A stretch of DNA of 64,000 nucleotides from Escherichia phage vB-Eco-KMB38: the sequence record OR525701.1. One strand, given 5' to 3'. The notes below the pieces were generated by a model, which saw nothing but the letters and a program-made list of their open reading frames with translations, made no database searches and was not told the DNA's origin. Shown piece by piece: positions 18,660 through 30,496 of the stretch (within the stretch, counting starts at the first letter, position 1; each line of letters begins with the position of its first letter). The position numbers and the translations under genes are program-made.

Positions 18660-19175
18660 ATGGCACAAATACTTCCTTTAAATACCGACTTAGGAGAAGA
18701 CATGGAAGGGGCGTCTATTAACGTCCTTTTTACTCCACAGTTAGAAACAACCGAAACTTTAGTGTCAATAAATATAACAGATTATGAACCAACACAAGGC
18801 ATTACTGTAGATGGTAATCGTTTATATGGAACATATGAAAGTGTGTTTAGCTTTTCTTCGGATGCATTGAAATACCGATTAAATGATGATTTTGAAACCG
18901 CATCTTCATGGGATGATTTACCAAAAGATGAATCAACACAGTTATATTTGTGGAGAGCTCCTCAGAATCTTCGTAAAGTGTTTAGTTATACGGTTGAAAT
19001 GATTTATAACCACCAAGAAGAAAGTTCATCAGGCGGTTCTAGAAGTGACTCTGGTGTAGAACCTCCACCGGCTCCAGTACAAAAAACTCTTACTAAGGTT
19101 TATACAAAAACTATAGTAGGAAATTGGAGCAAATGGGCTCATCAATTACGAAACTATGTTTATGCGAGGCCATAA
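18660..19175 (+). CDS. 5.1: gp5.1-like protein
   Basis: Synteny between 5 and 5.4. Confidence 0.6.
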   Translation: MAQILPLNTDLGEDMEGASINVLFTPQLETTETLVSINITDYEPTQGITVDGNRLYGTYESVFSFSSDALKYRLNDDFETASSWDDLPKDESTQLYLWRAPQNLRKVFSYTVEMIYNHQEESSSGGSRSDSGVEPPPAPVQKTLTKVYTKTIVGNWSKWAHQLRNYVYARP

Positions 19176-19176
19176 A

Positions 19177-19470
19177 ATGTCTGGATTAAGTTACGACCAG
19201 TGCGTTACAACAGGTCATGAAGCATGGCCTCCTACTGTAATAAATGCTTCCCAATCTAAAGTGTTCACCGGCGGTATTCCTGTTCTTGTAGCAGGAGACC
19301 AAATAACACCTCATACAGAAATTAAAAAACCGTACGAGACTCATGGAGGTGTTACTGAACCTCGTACATCTAAAGTATATGTCACCGGTAAAAAGGCCGT
19401 TCAAATGGCTGACCCAATTTCATGCGGGGATACTGTTTCTCAGGCCTCGTCAAAAGTCTTTATAAAATAG
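19177..19470 (+). CDS. 5.4: gp5.4 PAAR-repeat spike tip protein
   Basis: [19 protein letters not shown]...[20 protein letters not shown]; start at internal Met. Confidence 0.85.
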   Translation: MSGLSYDQCVTTGHEAWPPTVINASQSKVFTGGIPVLVAGDQITPHTEIKKPYETHGGVTEPRTSKVYVTGKKAVQMADPISCGDTVSQASSKVFIK

Positions 19471-19478
19471 GAATTAAA

Positions 19479-21449
19479 ATGGCAAACACTCCTGTAAATT
19501 ATCAATTAGCCAGAACAGCGAATGCTATTCCCGAGATTTTTATCGGTGGTACATTTGCCGAAATCAAACAAAACATTATCGAATGGCTCAATGGGCAGAA
19601 TGAATTTCTTGATTATGATTTTGAAGGTTCACGTTTAAATGTATTGTGCGACCTTTTAGCATATAACACTCTTTATATCCAACAGTTCAGTAATAGTGCA
19701 GTGTATGAAAGCTTTATGCGTACTGCTAACTTGCGCAGTTCCGTTGTACAAGCGGCGCAGGATAATGGATATCTGCCTGCATCTAAATCAGCAGCACAAA
19801 CAGAAATTATGCTCACATGTACGGATGCATTAAATAGAAACTATATCACTATTCCACGTGGTACTCGTTTCCTGGCGTATGCTAAAGGTACTTCTGTAAA
19901 TCCATATAACTTTGTTTCCACCGAAGACGTCATTGTAGTTAAAGACAAAAATAATCAATATTTCCCACGTCTTAGGTTAGCTCAGGGACGTATTGTTCGT
20001 ACTGAATTAACATTTGATAAATTAAAACCTATCATTATTCGTGATAAGAACATTGACCGTAATTTGGTTAAATTGTATGTTGACGGAGCAGAATGGATTA
20101 ACTGGACTCGCAAATCGATGGTTCATGCTGGTTCTACTTCAACCATTTATTATATGCGAGAAACTGTTGACGGGAACACTGAATTTTATTTTGGTGAAGG
20201 TGAAATCTCTATTAACACATCAGAAGGTGCTTTAACATCCAACTACATTGGTGGCCTTAAACCTGTCCAGGGTTCTAAAATCGTAATTGAATATATTTCT
20301 ACTAATGGTGCTGAAGCAAATGGTGCAGTAGGATTCTCTTATGCTGATACATTAGCTAATATCACAGTTATTGGAATTAATGAAAACCCAAGTAATAACC
20401 CTGACTTCGTTGGTGCGGATGGCGGTGGCGACCCTGAAGATATTGAACGTATCCGTGAATTAGGTACAATTAAACGTGAAACTCAACAACGATGTGTGAC
20501 TGCGACAGATTACGACACATTCGTCTCTGAACGATTTGGTTCTATTATTCAAGCGGTTCAGACATTTACAGATTCATCTAAGCCTGGGTACGCATTTATT
20601 GCTGCTAAACCTAAGTCTGGGTTATATTTGACTTCCGTCCAACGAGACGATATTAAAAATTATCTTAATGAGTATAACTTAGGGACGATAACTCCTGTTG
20701 TTATTTCTCCTGATTATTTGTTTATTAAAATGAATATTCGCGTTACGTATGCATTGAACAAATTACAGGAATCTGAACAATGGTTAGAAGGCCAAATTAT
20801 TAATAAAATCGACCGGTATTATATTGAAGACGTGGAAATTTTTAACTCGTCATTCGCAAAATCTAAAATGCTAACGTATGTCGATGACGCAGATATTTCT
20901 ATCATTGGTTCGTCTGCGACTATTCAAATGGTTCGCGAGGTACAGAACTTCTACAAAACACCTGAAACAGGTATTAAATACAATAACCAGATTAAAGATA
21001 GAACATTAGAATCTAACGTGTTTTCATTTGATAGTTTACGCGTTGACCCTGAAACAGAAGCTACTATTAAATATGACGTTCGCATTGTAGGTTCAGATAG
21101 AAATGACCGTGGCATTGGACAAGTTATCATTGGTCCGTTTGCAGATGGCGACGTTATAGAAAATGCTTATATTCAACCATATACTGGTGACGATTTTAAT
21201 AAACTTCATGTTACGGACGGAAGAAACAAATATTACTCTATAGGTGAAGTAAATTATCCGGCTGATTCAATTTATTGGAATATAGCTAAAATTGATTTAA
21301 CTTCTGATAGGTTTGAAGTTCAAACTATTGAACTCTATTCAGACCCAGCTGATGATGTTATCTTTACTAAAGACGGGTCGTTAATTGTATTTGAAAATGA
21401 CTTACGTCCGCAATATTTAACCATAGATTTGGAGCCTATTTCACAATGA
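19479..21449 (+). CDS. 6: gp6 baseplate wedge protein
   Basis: MANTPVNYQLARTANAIPEIFIGGTFAEIKQN matches T4 gp6; start at internal Met. Confidence 0.9.
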   Translation: MANTPVNYQLARTANAIPEIFIGGTFAEIKQNIIEWLNGQNEFLDYDFEGSRLNVLCDLLAYNTLYIQQFSNSAVYESFMRTANLRSSVVQAAQDNGYLPASKSAAQTEIMLTCTDALNRNYITIPRGTRFLAYAKGTSVNPYNFVSTEDVIVVKDKNNQYFPRLRLAQGRIVRTELTFDKLKPIIIRDKNIDRNLVKLYVDGAEWINWTRKSMVHAGSTSTIYYMRETVDGNTEFYFGEGEISINTSEGALTSNYIGGLKPVQGSKIVIEYISTNGAEANGAVGFSYADTLANITVIGINENPSNNPDFVGADGGGDPEDIERIRELGTIKRETQQRCVTATDYDTFVSERFGSIIQAVQTFTDSSKPGYAFIAAKPKSGLYLTSVQRDDIKNYLNEYNLGTITPVVISPDYLFIKMNIRVTYALNKLQESEQWLEGQIINKIDRYYIEDVEIFNSSFAKSKMLTYVDDADISIIGSSATIQMVREVQNFYKTPETGIKYNNQIKDRTLESNVFSFDSLRVDPETEATIKYDVRIVGSDRNDRGIGQVIIGPFADGDVIENAYIQPYTGDDFNKLHVTDGRNKYYSIGEVNYPADSIYWNIAKIDLTSDRFEVQTIELYSDPADDVIFTKDGSLIVFENDLRPQYLTIDLEPISQ

Positions 21450-24400
21450 CAGTAAAAGCGCCAGCAGTCACGAGTCTCAGATTATCTAAATTGTCCGCAA
21501 ACCAAGTTCAAATTCGCTGGGATGAGGTTGGCGCTAATTTCTACTATTTTGTGGAAATAGCTGAGACCAAAACAGCTAATGGGGAAGCAATTCCCCGTAA
21601 TAGCTATAGATGGACTAATTTAGGATATACCGCTGATAACAATTTCTTTGAGTCTGGTTTAAATTCATTAACAACATATATGATGCGTGTGGCTACAGCA
21701 GCGGAGGGATTTGAGCAGTCTGATTGGAGATACACCGAAGAGTTTGAAACATTTGAAATAAACGCTTACACATTCCAACATATGATTGAAATGCAATTAG
21801 CTAACGAGTTTATTTCTGAAAAATTTACAAAAAATAATACCAACTACGTTGATTTTAATAATGACACGATCATGGCAGCACTGATGAGCGAGTCGTTCCA
21901 ATTTAGTCCTGCATACACCGATGTGTCATCGATTAGAAATTTTATAATTGGCGAAAATCAGTATCATGAAATCCAGGGGCATATCCAGGACGTATGTAAA
22001 GATATAAATCGAGTATATCTAATGGAATCTGAAGGAATTCTTTACCTTTTTGAAAGATTCCAACCTATTGTAAAAGTGTCTAATGATAAAGGCCAAACAT
22101 GGAAAGCTGTTAAATTGCTTAATGACCGTGTAGGATATCCACTTTCACGAACTGTATATTACCAATCAGAATATACGACGTATTTGCTCGGTTATGATAA
22201 GATTTTTTACGGGCGTAAATCATCCGATATTCGTTGGTCTGCTGATGATGTTCGTTTCAGTTCACAAGATGTAACATTTGCTAAAATCGGGGACCGATTA
22301 AATTTAGGTTTTGATGTAGAGATTTTCGGTACATACGCGTCATTACCAGGAAACGTATCACGTATTGCAGAAGCTATTACTTGTAATGACGACTATGTTT
22401 ATATTGCGGCAAGAGATAAAGTTCGCTTCGTTAAAACCAGTAACGCTCCTATTGATTCAGATCCATTATCTCCGACCTATTCCGAACGGTTGTTTGAACC
22501 CGAGACGTTTACAATAACAGGCAACCCTAAAGCAGTTTGTTATAAAATGGATTCTGTTGGTGGAAGAATATTTGCTCTTATTATTGGTGAAGTCGAAAAT
22601 GTTAATGACGACCCAAGAACAAAGCCTATTTTGGATTCTGTTGATAAAGGTGTATACGTTTTAGACCATGACGCTGGAACATTTAAAAGGATATTTGGTA
22701 ATACCGAAGAAGAACGCCGTCGTATAGAACCGGCTTTCACCAATATGTCTACTGATGGTGTTGAGCTTTATATCTCTTCTAGTAATTTTAAATTTTTAGA
22801 ATCTGATATTGTTGACGACCCAGAAACGCAATCTAAGTATGAACTTTTAAGAGCAGTTAAGTATGAATATCCTAGAGAATGGCTCGCAGATAAACATTAC
22901 CATATGATGATTTTCGCATCAAACGAAGAAAGTAATTGGGAAACTTTTTCACCAACTCCTATGCAGTATTATGCAGAACCTTTCTTTAGTTATTCTAGAA
23001 AATCAGGCACACGTTCTTGGATTAATAACTCTGATAGAGCGGTAGTGATTTATTCTGATTTGCTTTACACAAAGGTAGTGGAAAGCCACCCTAGCACTTC
23101 ACCTGATCGTAAAGTTCATGAATACTGGAATGATGGCGATTGTAAGATTGTTATGCCGAATATAGAATTCACTGGATTTAAAAAATACGCATCTGGTATG
23201 TTGTTTTATAAATCATCAGGTGAAATAATTTCATATTACGATTTTAGTTATCGTGTTAGAGATAACGTTTCTATAATTTGGAAGCCCACTAACGTATTCT
23301 TGACCGCCTCATTACAAAACCAAGAAAAAGAAACTTCTTGGGTTCCTGTTGAAGAGACAGGTCTAGCTGATCCGGATTTACGCCCATTACTCACTACAAT
23401 GATGCCAGAGTCTTATCTGTTGGATAATACAAACTTTGAAGCATTTTGTGAAGCGTATATTCAATATCTTTCTGATGGATACGGGACTCATTATAATAAC
23501 TTATTGAATTTGATTAAAAATAAATACCCACGAGAAGAACACGCATGGGAATATCTTTGGTCCGAAATTTATAAACGGAACATTTATTTGAATGCTGAGA
23601 AACGTGATTTAGTTTCTAGGTTCTTTGAGTCCAGAAGTTATGATTTTTATTCTACTAAAGGAACTGAAGCGTCGTATAAGTTTTTGTTTAAAGTTCTTTA
23701 TAACGAAGACGTTGAAGTGGAAATTGAGTCATCTGCTGGAACAGAGTACGATATCATAATTCAATCTGATTCTATAAGTGAAGATTTGGTTGGACAAACT
23801 ATATACACCGCTACAGGTAGATGTAATGTTACATATTTAGAAAGAAGCTATTCTAAAGGTAAATTACAATGGACTGTGACTATTCATAACCTTTTAGGTA
23901 GGCTTTTAGTCGGTCAAGAAGTAAAAGCCGAAAGACTAGCAGATTTTGAAGGTGAAATAGTTCGCGGTATTAAAGGTAAAGAACTTGCCCAAAACACTAT
24001 CGATTATTTTAATCGTGGTAGAGCTTATTACGTCATGAAAATAAAGTCAAATCTTCCGTCCTCTCGTTGGAAATCTGACGTACTACGTTTTGTACATCCG
24101 GTAGGATTTGGATTTATTGCAATAACCTTATTAACAATGTTTATTAATACAGGATTAACGCTTAAACATGTTGAAACTATTATTAATAAATATAAAAATT
24201 ATAAGTGGGATTCCGGACTGCCTACGGAATATGCAGACCGCGTCGCTCGTTTAGACCCTCAAGGTAATGTAGAATTCAGTCCTGTTACAGGTGAAGTAAT
24301 TTATGATGCTGGTCCTTATGCTGGTATCGAATACCCTTTACCTGCAAATTATAACGAAGAAAATGATAACTCTATTTTCCAAGGACAATTACCATCTGAA

Positions 24401-24544
24401 CGACGCAAGCCAATGAGCCCATTATTTGATGCATCAGGTACAACGTTCTCTAGATTTAGAGAGCTTGTTAATGAAAGATTGCTAGATAACGTGGGAAATC
24501 CTAGAGACCCGATTAATCCACCACAGGTTAAATTAGATGAATGA
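21446..24544 (+). CDS. 7: gp7 baseplate wedge protein
   Basis: 1032 aa, synteny and size as T4 gp7. Confidence 0.85.
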   Translation: MTVKAPAVTSLRLSKLSANQVQIRWDEVGANFYYFVEIAETKTANGEAIPRNSYRWTNLGYTADNNFFESGLNSLTTYMMRVATAAEGFEQSDWRYTEEFETFEINAYTFQHMIEMQLANEFISEKFTKNNTNYVDFNNDTIMAALMSESFQFSPAYTDVSSIRNFIIGENQYHEIQGHIQDVCKDINRVYLMESEGILYLFERFQPIVKVSNDKGQTWKAVKLLNDRVGYPLSRTVYYQSEYTTYLLGYDKIFYGRKSSDIRWSADDVRFSSQDVTFAKIGDRLNLGFDVEIFGTYASLPGNVSRIAEAITCNDDYVYIAARDKVRFVKTSNAPIDSDPLSPTYSERLFEPETFTITGNPKAVCYKMDSVGGRIFALIIGEVENVNDDPRTKPILDSVDKGVYVLDHDAGTFKRIFGNTEEERRRIEPAFTNMSTDGVELYISSSNFKFLESDIVDDPETQSKYELLRAVKYEYPREWLADKHYHMMIFASNEESNWETFSPTPMQYYAEPFFSYSRKSGTRSWINNSDRAVVIYSDLLYTKVVESHPSTSPDRKVHEYWNDGDCKIVMPNIEFTGFKKYASGMLFYKSSGEIISYYDFSYRVRDNVSIIWKPTNVFLTASLQNQEKETSWVPVEETGLADPDLRPLLTTMMPESYLLDNTNFEAFCEAYIQYLSDGYGTHYNNLLNLIKNKYPREEHAWEYLWSEIYKRNIYLNAEKRDLVSRFFESRSYDFYSTKGTEASYKFLFKVLYNEDVEVEIESSAGTEYDIIIQSDSISEDLVGQTIYTATGRCNVTYLERSYSKGKLQWTVTIHNLLGRLLVGQEVKAERLADFEGEIVRGIKGKELAQNTIDYFNRGRAYYVMKIKSNLPSSRWKSDVLRFVHPVGFGFIAITLLTMFINTGLTLKHVETIINKYKNYKWDSGLPTEYADRVARLDPQGNVEFSPVTGEVIYDAGPYAGIEYPLPANYNEENDNSIFQGQLPSERRKPMSPLFDASGTTFSRFRELVNERLLDNVGNPRDPINPPQVKLDE

Positions 24545-25541
24545 TTCAAGTGTTGTCTATCGTGCGATAGTTACTTCAAAATTTAGAACTGAAAAAATGT
24601 TGAATTTCTACAATTCAATAGGTGATGGTGATAATAAAAACACCATCTTTATAACGTTTGGTCGGTCTGAACCATGGGCTGCTAATGAAAATGAGGTGGG
24701 CTTCGCCCCACCGTATCCAACAGACTCGGTTTTAGGTGTAGCAGATATGTGGACTAACATGATGGGTTTAGTTAAAGTTATCCCATCTATGTTAGACTCG
24801 GTTATTCCTAGACGTGACTGGGGAGATATTCGTTATCCAGACCCTTATACATTCAAAATAAATGATATAGTCGTATGTAATACAGCCCCTTATAATGCTA
24901 CTGAAGTCGGGGCTGGATGGTTAGTATATCGTTGCGTAGATGTTCCTGATGTTGGGATGTGTTCTATTGAGTCTCTCGACAACAAAGAAGAATGTCTTAA
25001 ATTAGGTGGTAAATGGACACCTTCTGTTAGGTCAATGACTCCTCCTGAAGGTCGTGGAGATGCTGAAGGGATTATCGAAGTTGGTGATGGATATATATGG
25101 GAGTATCTTTATGAGATTCCACCTGATGTGTCTATAAACCGATGTACTAATGAATATATAGTCGTTCCATGGCCGGAAGAAGTTAAAGAAGACCCTGCTC
25201 GTTGGGGATATGAAAACAATCTAACCTGGCAACAAGATGATTTTGGCCTTGTGTATAGAGTTAAAGCAAACATAATTCGTTTTAAAGCCTATTTAGACTC
25301 AGTTTATTTCCCTAATGCAGCACTGCCTGGTAATAAAGGATTTAGACAAATTTCTATTATCACAAACCCCTTGGAAGCTAAACTCCGTCCTAATGACCCT
25401 AATATAAAGGCTGAAAAGGATTATTATGACCCTAGAGATTTACAGCGTCATTCTGGTGAAATGATTTATATGGAAAACCGTCCACCTATTATTATGGCAA
25501 TGGACCAAACCGAAGAGATCAATATTTTGTTTATGTTCTAA
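24537..25541 (+). CDS. 8: gp8 baseplate wedge protein
   Basis: 334 aa; size and position. Confidence 0.85.
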   Translation: MNDSSVVYRAIVTSKFRTEKMLNFYNSIGDGDNKNTIFITFGRSEPWAANENEVGFAPPYPTDSVLGVADMWTNMMGLVKVIPSMLDSVIPRRDWGDIRYPDPYTFKINDIVVCNTAPYNATEVGAGWLVYRCVDVPDVGMCSIESLDNKEECLKLGGKWTPSVRSMTPPEGRGDAEGIIEVGDGYIWEYLYEIPPDVSINRCTNEYIVVPWPEEVKEDPARWGYENNLTWQQDDFGLVYRVKANIIRFKAYLDSVYFPNAALPGNKGFRQISIITNPLEAKLRPNDPNIKAEKDYYDPRDLQRHSGEMIYMENRPPIIMAMDQTEEINILFMF

Positions 25542-25545
25542 TTTA

Positions 25546-25567
25546 GGGAGACTTCGGTCTCCCTTTC
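25546..25567 (+). terminator. Stem-loop/terminator after gene 8
   Basis: gggagacttcggtctccc followed by ttt; identical hairpin after gene 23. Confidence 0.45.
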
Positions 25568-25570
25568 GTG

Positions 25571-25578
25571 TATAAATA
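25571..25578 (+). promoter_or_regulatory. T4 late promoter TATAAATA (gene 9)
   Basis: Exact TATAAATA about 25 nt upstream of the gene 9 ATG. Confidence 0.6.
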
Positions 25579-25603
25579 GTATAAACTATTAAGGATTAGC
25601 CAC

Positions 25604-26467
25604 ATGTATATTCAAACTCCAAAACAATTGATTGACGTTGGCGAAATTGGTAACGCTTCTACAGGCGATATCCTTTTTGACGGCGGTGTTAAAATAAACA
25701 ATGATATAAACGCTATTTACAATGCGTTTGGTGACCAACGAAAAATGGCAACTGCTAATGGGACAGGACCGAATGGACAAATAATCCATGCCACTGGATA
25801 CTACCAAAAAGGAGGCCCTACTGATTATTTCACCCCTGTTCCAGTAGGAAGTAGACACGACATAGATGCTTCTACCGGTGGTGTTATTGTTACTGTTGCT
25901 AGAGGTGAACTCGGCGATTCCGTGGAATTTATAAATTCAAACGGATCAATTTCGGTAAACAACCCATTAAGTATCCAAGCATTAGATTCTATTAAAGGTG
26001 TTGCAGGTAATTTAGTTATAACCACACCTTATACTAAAGTTACTCTTCGTTGTATTTCTTCTGGTGCAGGCGGTTCAATATGGGATTATTCTACAGAAAG
26101 TATGTTTAGTCATACCGAAATTCCTGTAGACGGGACATGGAATATTATTTCGGACTATGTCAATATTCCTCTATTTTATAAAACTGAATATAACGCTGCT
26201 AAACTTTTGGTTACATGCCAATCTGCCAACGGTAGAAAAATTAAATCATGTGAAATAAATATTCTAATAGATACAATTAATTCAAGAGTTATTTCAACCG
26301 AATACGCCGTGATGCGCGTTGGTAATGATAACGAAGAAGATGAAATTGCGAATATTAGTTTTTCGATAATTAACAATTTTGCCACTATGACAGTTTCTTC
26401 ACATATAAATGGTCTTCGAGTGGCAGCTAAAGTTATTTCAACTCAGAAAATTAGGGTCGCTCAATAA
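25604..26467 (+). CDS. 9: gp9 baseplate protein (long tail fibre socket)
   Basis: 287 aa; MYIQTPKQLIDVGEIGNASTGDILFDGG. Confidence 0.85.
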   Translation: MYIQTPKQLIDVGEIGNASTGDILFDGGVKINNDINAIYNAFGDQRKMATANGTGPNGQIIHATGYYQKGGPTDYFTPVPVGSRHDIDASTGGVIVTVARGELGDSVEFINSNGSISVNNPLSIQALDSIKGVAGNLVITTPYTKVTLRCISSGAGGSIWDYSTESMFSHTEIPVDGTWNIISDYVNIPLFYKTEYNAAKLLVTCQSANGRKIKSCEINILIDTINSRVISTEYAVMRVGNDNEEDEIANISFSIINNFATMTVSSHINGLRVAAKVISTQKIRVAQ

Positions 26468-28281
26468 TGAAACAAAATATTAAAATTGGGAACGTCGTTG
26501 ATGACGGACAAGGCGATTACCTTCGTCGTGGTGGTGCAAAAATTAATGAAAACTTTGATGAGTTGTATTATGAATTAGGCGATGGCGAAGTTCCGTATTC
26601 CGCTGGTGCCTGGAAAACATACCATTCTTCAGATGGACTTAATTTAGCTGCTGAATGGGGTAAATCATACGCAATTGATACTTCAACAGGGCGTGTTTCT
26701 ATAAATTTACCTAAAGGAACAGTGGAAGATTATAATAAAGTAATTAGAGCCCGTGATGTATTCGCCACATGGAATATTAACCCTGTAACATTAATTGCTG
26801 CCAGCGGTGATACTATTAAAGGTTCTTCTAGCCCAGTAGAAATCAATGTACAGTTTTCAGACTTAGAATTAGTTTACTGTTCTCCTGGGCGCTGGGAATA
26901 TGTTAAAAATAAACAAATAGACAAAATTACTAGTTCTGATATTAGTAGTGTAGCTCGTAAAGAATTTTTAGTCGAAGTTCAAGGTCAAACTGATTTTCTT
27001 GATGTATTTGGGCCTGTTTCTTATAATGTGAATAATATCCGTGTAAAACATCGTGGTAACGAATTATACTACGGTGATGTGTTCAGTGACAATAGTGACT
27101 TTGGTTCTCCAGGAGCTAATCCTGGTGAAATCGTTGCATTAGATGGTAAAAACATCCGTTTAAGACAACCATGTAATATCGGCGACACCGTACAAATTGA
27201 AACCTTTTTAGATGGGATTACACAATTACGTAGTTCTTATTCTCGCCGCCAAATACGTATTTTAGATTCGAAATTAACAACCCGTCCTTCCTTAGAAGGA
27301 AGTGTATATGTCGCGGATTTGTCAACTTTGAAATCTATTCCTTTTTCGGCATTTGGAGTTAATCCTTCAGAACCGGTCAATACCAATTCTTTAGAAGTTC
27401 GTTTTAACGGTATTCTTCAAGAATTAGCTGGTACTGTTGGTTTACCTATGTTCAGATGTGAAGGTGCTGATGCAGAAACTTCTACCGAGTGTTCAGCTTT
27501 AGGTGGGACTTGGGTTACATCTAACACCGATTATTCTATTGAATACGATGATAACGATGCAACTATTGCACGTGCTTTAGTCTTTGACCGTAAGTTTGAA
27601 GACCAAGACATTATTGATATTACATGGTTTAATAACGATTTAGGCACTTTATTAAGTATCGATGACATTTTAGATACAACTGATGAAAGGTATGTCGCAC
27701 AAGGTGCAACCGTAAATGTGACCGGCGATGTGGCTTTGACCGATTTCAATAATATCGGATGGCCTAATGTAGAATCTGTTCCTGCATATAGCAGGGAATT
27801 CTCGTCTATTGCAAATATTTTTAACACCATTTACCCTGTCGGTACTATTTACGAAAATGCAGTGAACCCTAATAACCCAGCCACGTATTTAGGATTTGGT
27901 TCTTGGAAATTATGGGGACAAGGAAAAGTATTAGTTGGATGGAACGACGATATTAGCGATCCTAATTTTGCATTAAATAATAACGACCTTGATTCTAGCG
28001 GGAATCCTACACATACCGCCGGTGGAACACTCGGAACAACGTCTAACACACTAACTAATTCTGATTTACCTCCTACTCAAACTGACGAGAAAGTTCTTAT
28101 TTCCGATGAGAACGGTACAATTATTATTGGTGGTTGTCAATACGACCCTGATGCAGAAGGTCCTATATACACCAAATACCGTGAAGGCCACGCCACAACG
28201 AATAGTACACACATACCGCCTCAAGCCGTAAATAATATTCAACCGTCAATTACCGTATATCGTTGGGTAAGGATTGCATAA
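26467..28281 (+). CDS. 10: gp10 baseplate wedge protein
   Basis: 604 aa; synteny. Confidence 0.85.
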   Translation: MKQNIKIGNVVDDGQGDYLRRGGAKINENFDELYYELGDGEVPYSAGAWKTYHSSDGLNLAAEWGKSYAIDTSTGRVSINLPKGTVEDYNKVIRARDVFATWNINPVTLIAASGDTIKGSSSPVEINVQFSDLELVYCSPGRWEYVKNKQIDKITSSDISSVARKEFLVEVQGQTDFLDVFGPVSYNVNNIRVKHRGNELYYGDVFSDNSDFGSPGANPGEIVALDGKNIRLRQPCNIGDTVQIETFLDGITQLRSSYSRRQIRILDSKLTTRPSLEGSVYVADLSTLKSIPFSAFGVNPSEPVNTNSLEVRFNGILQELAGTVGLPMFRCEGADAETSTECSALGGTWVTSNTDYSIEYDDNDATIARALVFDRKFEDQDIIDITWFNNDLGTLLSIDDILDTTDERYVAQGATVNVTGDVALTDFNNIGWPNVESVPAYSREFSSIANIFNTIYPVGTIYENAVNPNNPATYLGFGSWKLWGQGKVLVGWNDDISDPNFALNNNDLDSSGNPTHTAGGTLGTTSNTLTNSDLPPTQTDEKVLISDENGTIIIGGCQYDPDAEGPIYTKYREGHATTNSTHIPPQAVNNIQPSITVYRWVRIA

Positions 28282-28940
28282 TGACCATACTTAATACTAA
28301 AGCGGGAGTAATATCCCGCGAAGCAGATTTTTTAGGATTTAGAAAAAATCCTACTCAAATTGATATTTTAAACAACCAAGGCGTAGGTTCTGTAACCATT
28401 TCTCAATTGGCAAAAGGATTCTACGATGATAACGTAGAATCTGCAATAAACGATGTTCATAATATTGCTAGAGCAGATGTAGGAACAGTTACAATTAACA
28501 CCTCAGGTGTATCTCCTGAAGGAACTTCACAGGTAGATTATTGGTCCTTTAGTGGAAGTGTAACTGACCCTAGTTTGCCCGATGGAAGCCCTGTTATTGT
28601 AAAAGTTTATGGGCTTCCTGTTAATGCTACTGTAGGTATGACAGCCGACGAATTTGTTGTACAATTACGTACTACTCTCCGGAATGCGATTTCCGACCAA
28701 TTGGCTATTGCAGAGTATAAAGATGACCCTAATGTTGGGACTAAATTACAAATAACATATTTAGATAACCAAAGACACGTACTCCCAACGTATTCCGCTT
28801 ATGGTATCACGGTTTCTCAAGAAATAGTGTCTCAGGCTAAGTCTGGGTACGGCACTTGGAATTTACTAGGTGCGCAAACCCTTACTCTTGACAACCATAC
28901 TTCACCTACAACCTTTTATTATTTTGTGAGAACCGCATGA
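28281..28940 (+). CDS. 11: gp11 baseplate wedge/short tail fibre attachment
   Basis: Start at [20 protein letters not shown] (TAATG overlap with gp10 stop). Confidence 0.85.
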   Translation: MTILNTKAGVISREADFLGFRKNPTQIDILNNQGVGSVTISQLAKGFYDDNVESAINDVHNIARADVGTVTINTSGVSPEGTSQVDYWSFSGSVTDPSLPDGSPVIVKVYGLPVNATVGMTADEFVVQLRTTLRNAISDQLAIAEYKDDPNVGTKLQITYLDNQRHVLPTYSAYGITVSQEIVSQAKSGYGTWNLLGAQTLTLDNHTSPTTFYYFVRTA

Positions 28941-30487
28941 GTAACAATACATATCAACACGTTTCGAACGAATCCGTATATGTTGAATTTGACCCTGTAG
29001 GGTCAAATTTTGATAGTTCAATAACCAATGTCCAGGCAGCCTTAGCCTCAATTAGCGCATATGGTGTTAAAGGTGTTCCTGACGCAAGCGAAGCAGAAAA
29101 AGGTGTAATTCAATTAGCGACAGAACAAGAAGTTCTTGATGGATTTAATAGTACTAAAGCCGTTACACCCGCCACATTAAATGCAAGACTTCAGTATCCG
29201 AACGCGTCAGAAACACAGTACGGCGTAACTAAATATGCAACACAAGAGGAGGCCATTGCTGGCACTTTAGACACTGTTTCTATTACTCCGCTTAAATTAA
29301 ACCAAACTATTGATAACACGTTCTCTACTCGTTATTCAACAGAAACAACTAACGGTGTTATTAAAATTGCAACTCAAACCGCTGCACTTGCCGGGTCTGA
29401 TGACACCACAGCAATGACTCCGCTTAAAACGCAGCAATTAGCAATAAAATTAATTTCTCAAATAGCTCCTAATAATGACCCGGCTTCAGAATCTATTACC
29501 GGTGTTGTGCGTTTAGCTACGGTGGCTCAAACACGTCAAGGAACTCTTCGCGAAGGATATGCAATTTCCCCGTATACCTTTATGAATTCTGTTGCAACAC
29601 AAGAATATAAAGGTGTTATACGTCTAGGAACACAAGCGGAAATTAATAGTAATTTGGGAGATGTTGCTGTAACAGGTGAAACGCTAAATGGTAGAGGAGC
29701 TACCGGTTCTATGCGTGGAGTCGTAAAATTAACGACGCAGGCCGGTGTTGCACCCGAAGGCGATGGCTCTGGAGCATTAGCATGGAACGCAGATGTAATT
29801 AATACACGCGGTGGGCAAACTATTAATGGTTCTTTAAATTTAGATCACCTCACAGCAAATGGAATTTGGTCGCGTGGCGGAATGTGGAAAAACGGTGACC
29901 AGCCAGTTGCAACAGAGAGATATGCATCTGAACGTGTTCCTGTTGGAACAATTCAAATGTTCGCAGGTGATAGCGCTCCTCCGGGTTGGGTTTTATGTCA
30001 TGGTGGGACCATTTCTGGAAACCAATTTCCGGACTATCGAAATGTGGTTGGAACGAGATTTGGCGGTGATTGGAATAATCCTGGAATTCCAGACATGCGC
30101 GGTCTTTTTGTTAGAGGAGCTGGCACAGGCAGCCATATTTTAAATAATCGCGGTCAAGACGGCTATGGAAAGGATAGATTAGGTGTAGGATGTGACGGCA
30201 TGCATGTTGGCGGTGTCCAAGCACAGCAAATGTCATATCATAAACACGCTGGTGGATGGGGCGAATATCAACGTCATGAGGCACCATTCGGAGCATCCGT
30301 ATATCAAGGTTATTTGGGTACTAGAAAATACTCTGATTGGGATAATGCGTCATATTTCACAAATGACGGCTTCGAATTAGGTGGTCACCGTGACGCAACA
30401 GGCACTCTTAACCGTGAAGGACTTATCGGATATGAGACTCGTCCATGGAATATATCTTTAAATTATATTATTAAAGTCCATTACTAA
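28937..30487 (+). CDS. 12: gp12 short tail fibre
   Basis: 516 aa; repetitive N-terminal region and C-terminal receptor-binding domain. Confidence 0.9.
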   Translation: MSNNTYQHVSNESVYVEFDPVGSNFDSSITNVQAALASISAYGVKGVPDASEAEKGVIQLATEQEVLDGFNSTKAVTPATLNARLQYPNASETQYGVTKYATQEEAIAGTLDTVSITPLKLNQTIDNTFSTRYSTETTNGVIKIATQTAALAGSDDTTAMTPLKTQQLAIKLISQIAPNNDPASESITGVVRLATVAQTRQGTLREGYAISPYTFMNSVATQEYKGVIRLGTQAEINSNLGDVAVTGETLNGRGATGSMRGVVKLTTQAGVAPEGDGSGALAWNADVINTRGGQTINGSLNLDHLTANGIWSRGGMWKNGDQPVATERYASERVPVGTIQMFAGDSAPPGWVLCHGGTISGNQFPDYRNVVGTRFGGDWNNPGIPDMRGLFVRGAGTGSHILNNRGQDGYGKDRLGVGCDGMHVGGVQAQQMSYHKHAGGWGEYQRHEAPFGASVYQGYLGTRKYSDWDNASYFTNDGFELGGHRDATGTLNREGLIGYETRPWNISLNYIIKVHY

Positions 30488-30496
30488 GGGTAAAAA

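Noticed and set aside
22540-27830. Short minus-strand ORFs inside genes 7 and 10 (22540..22743, 27531..27830)
   Set aside because: Embedded antisense in long conserved baseplate genes
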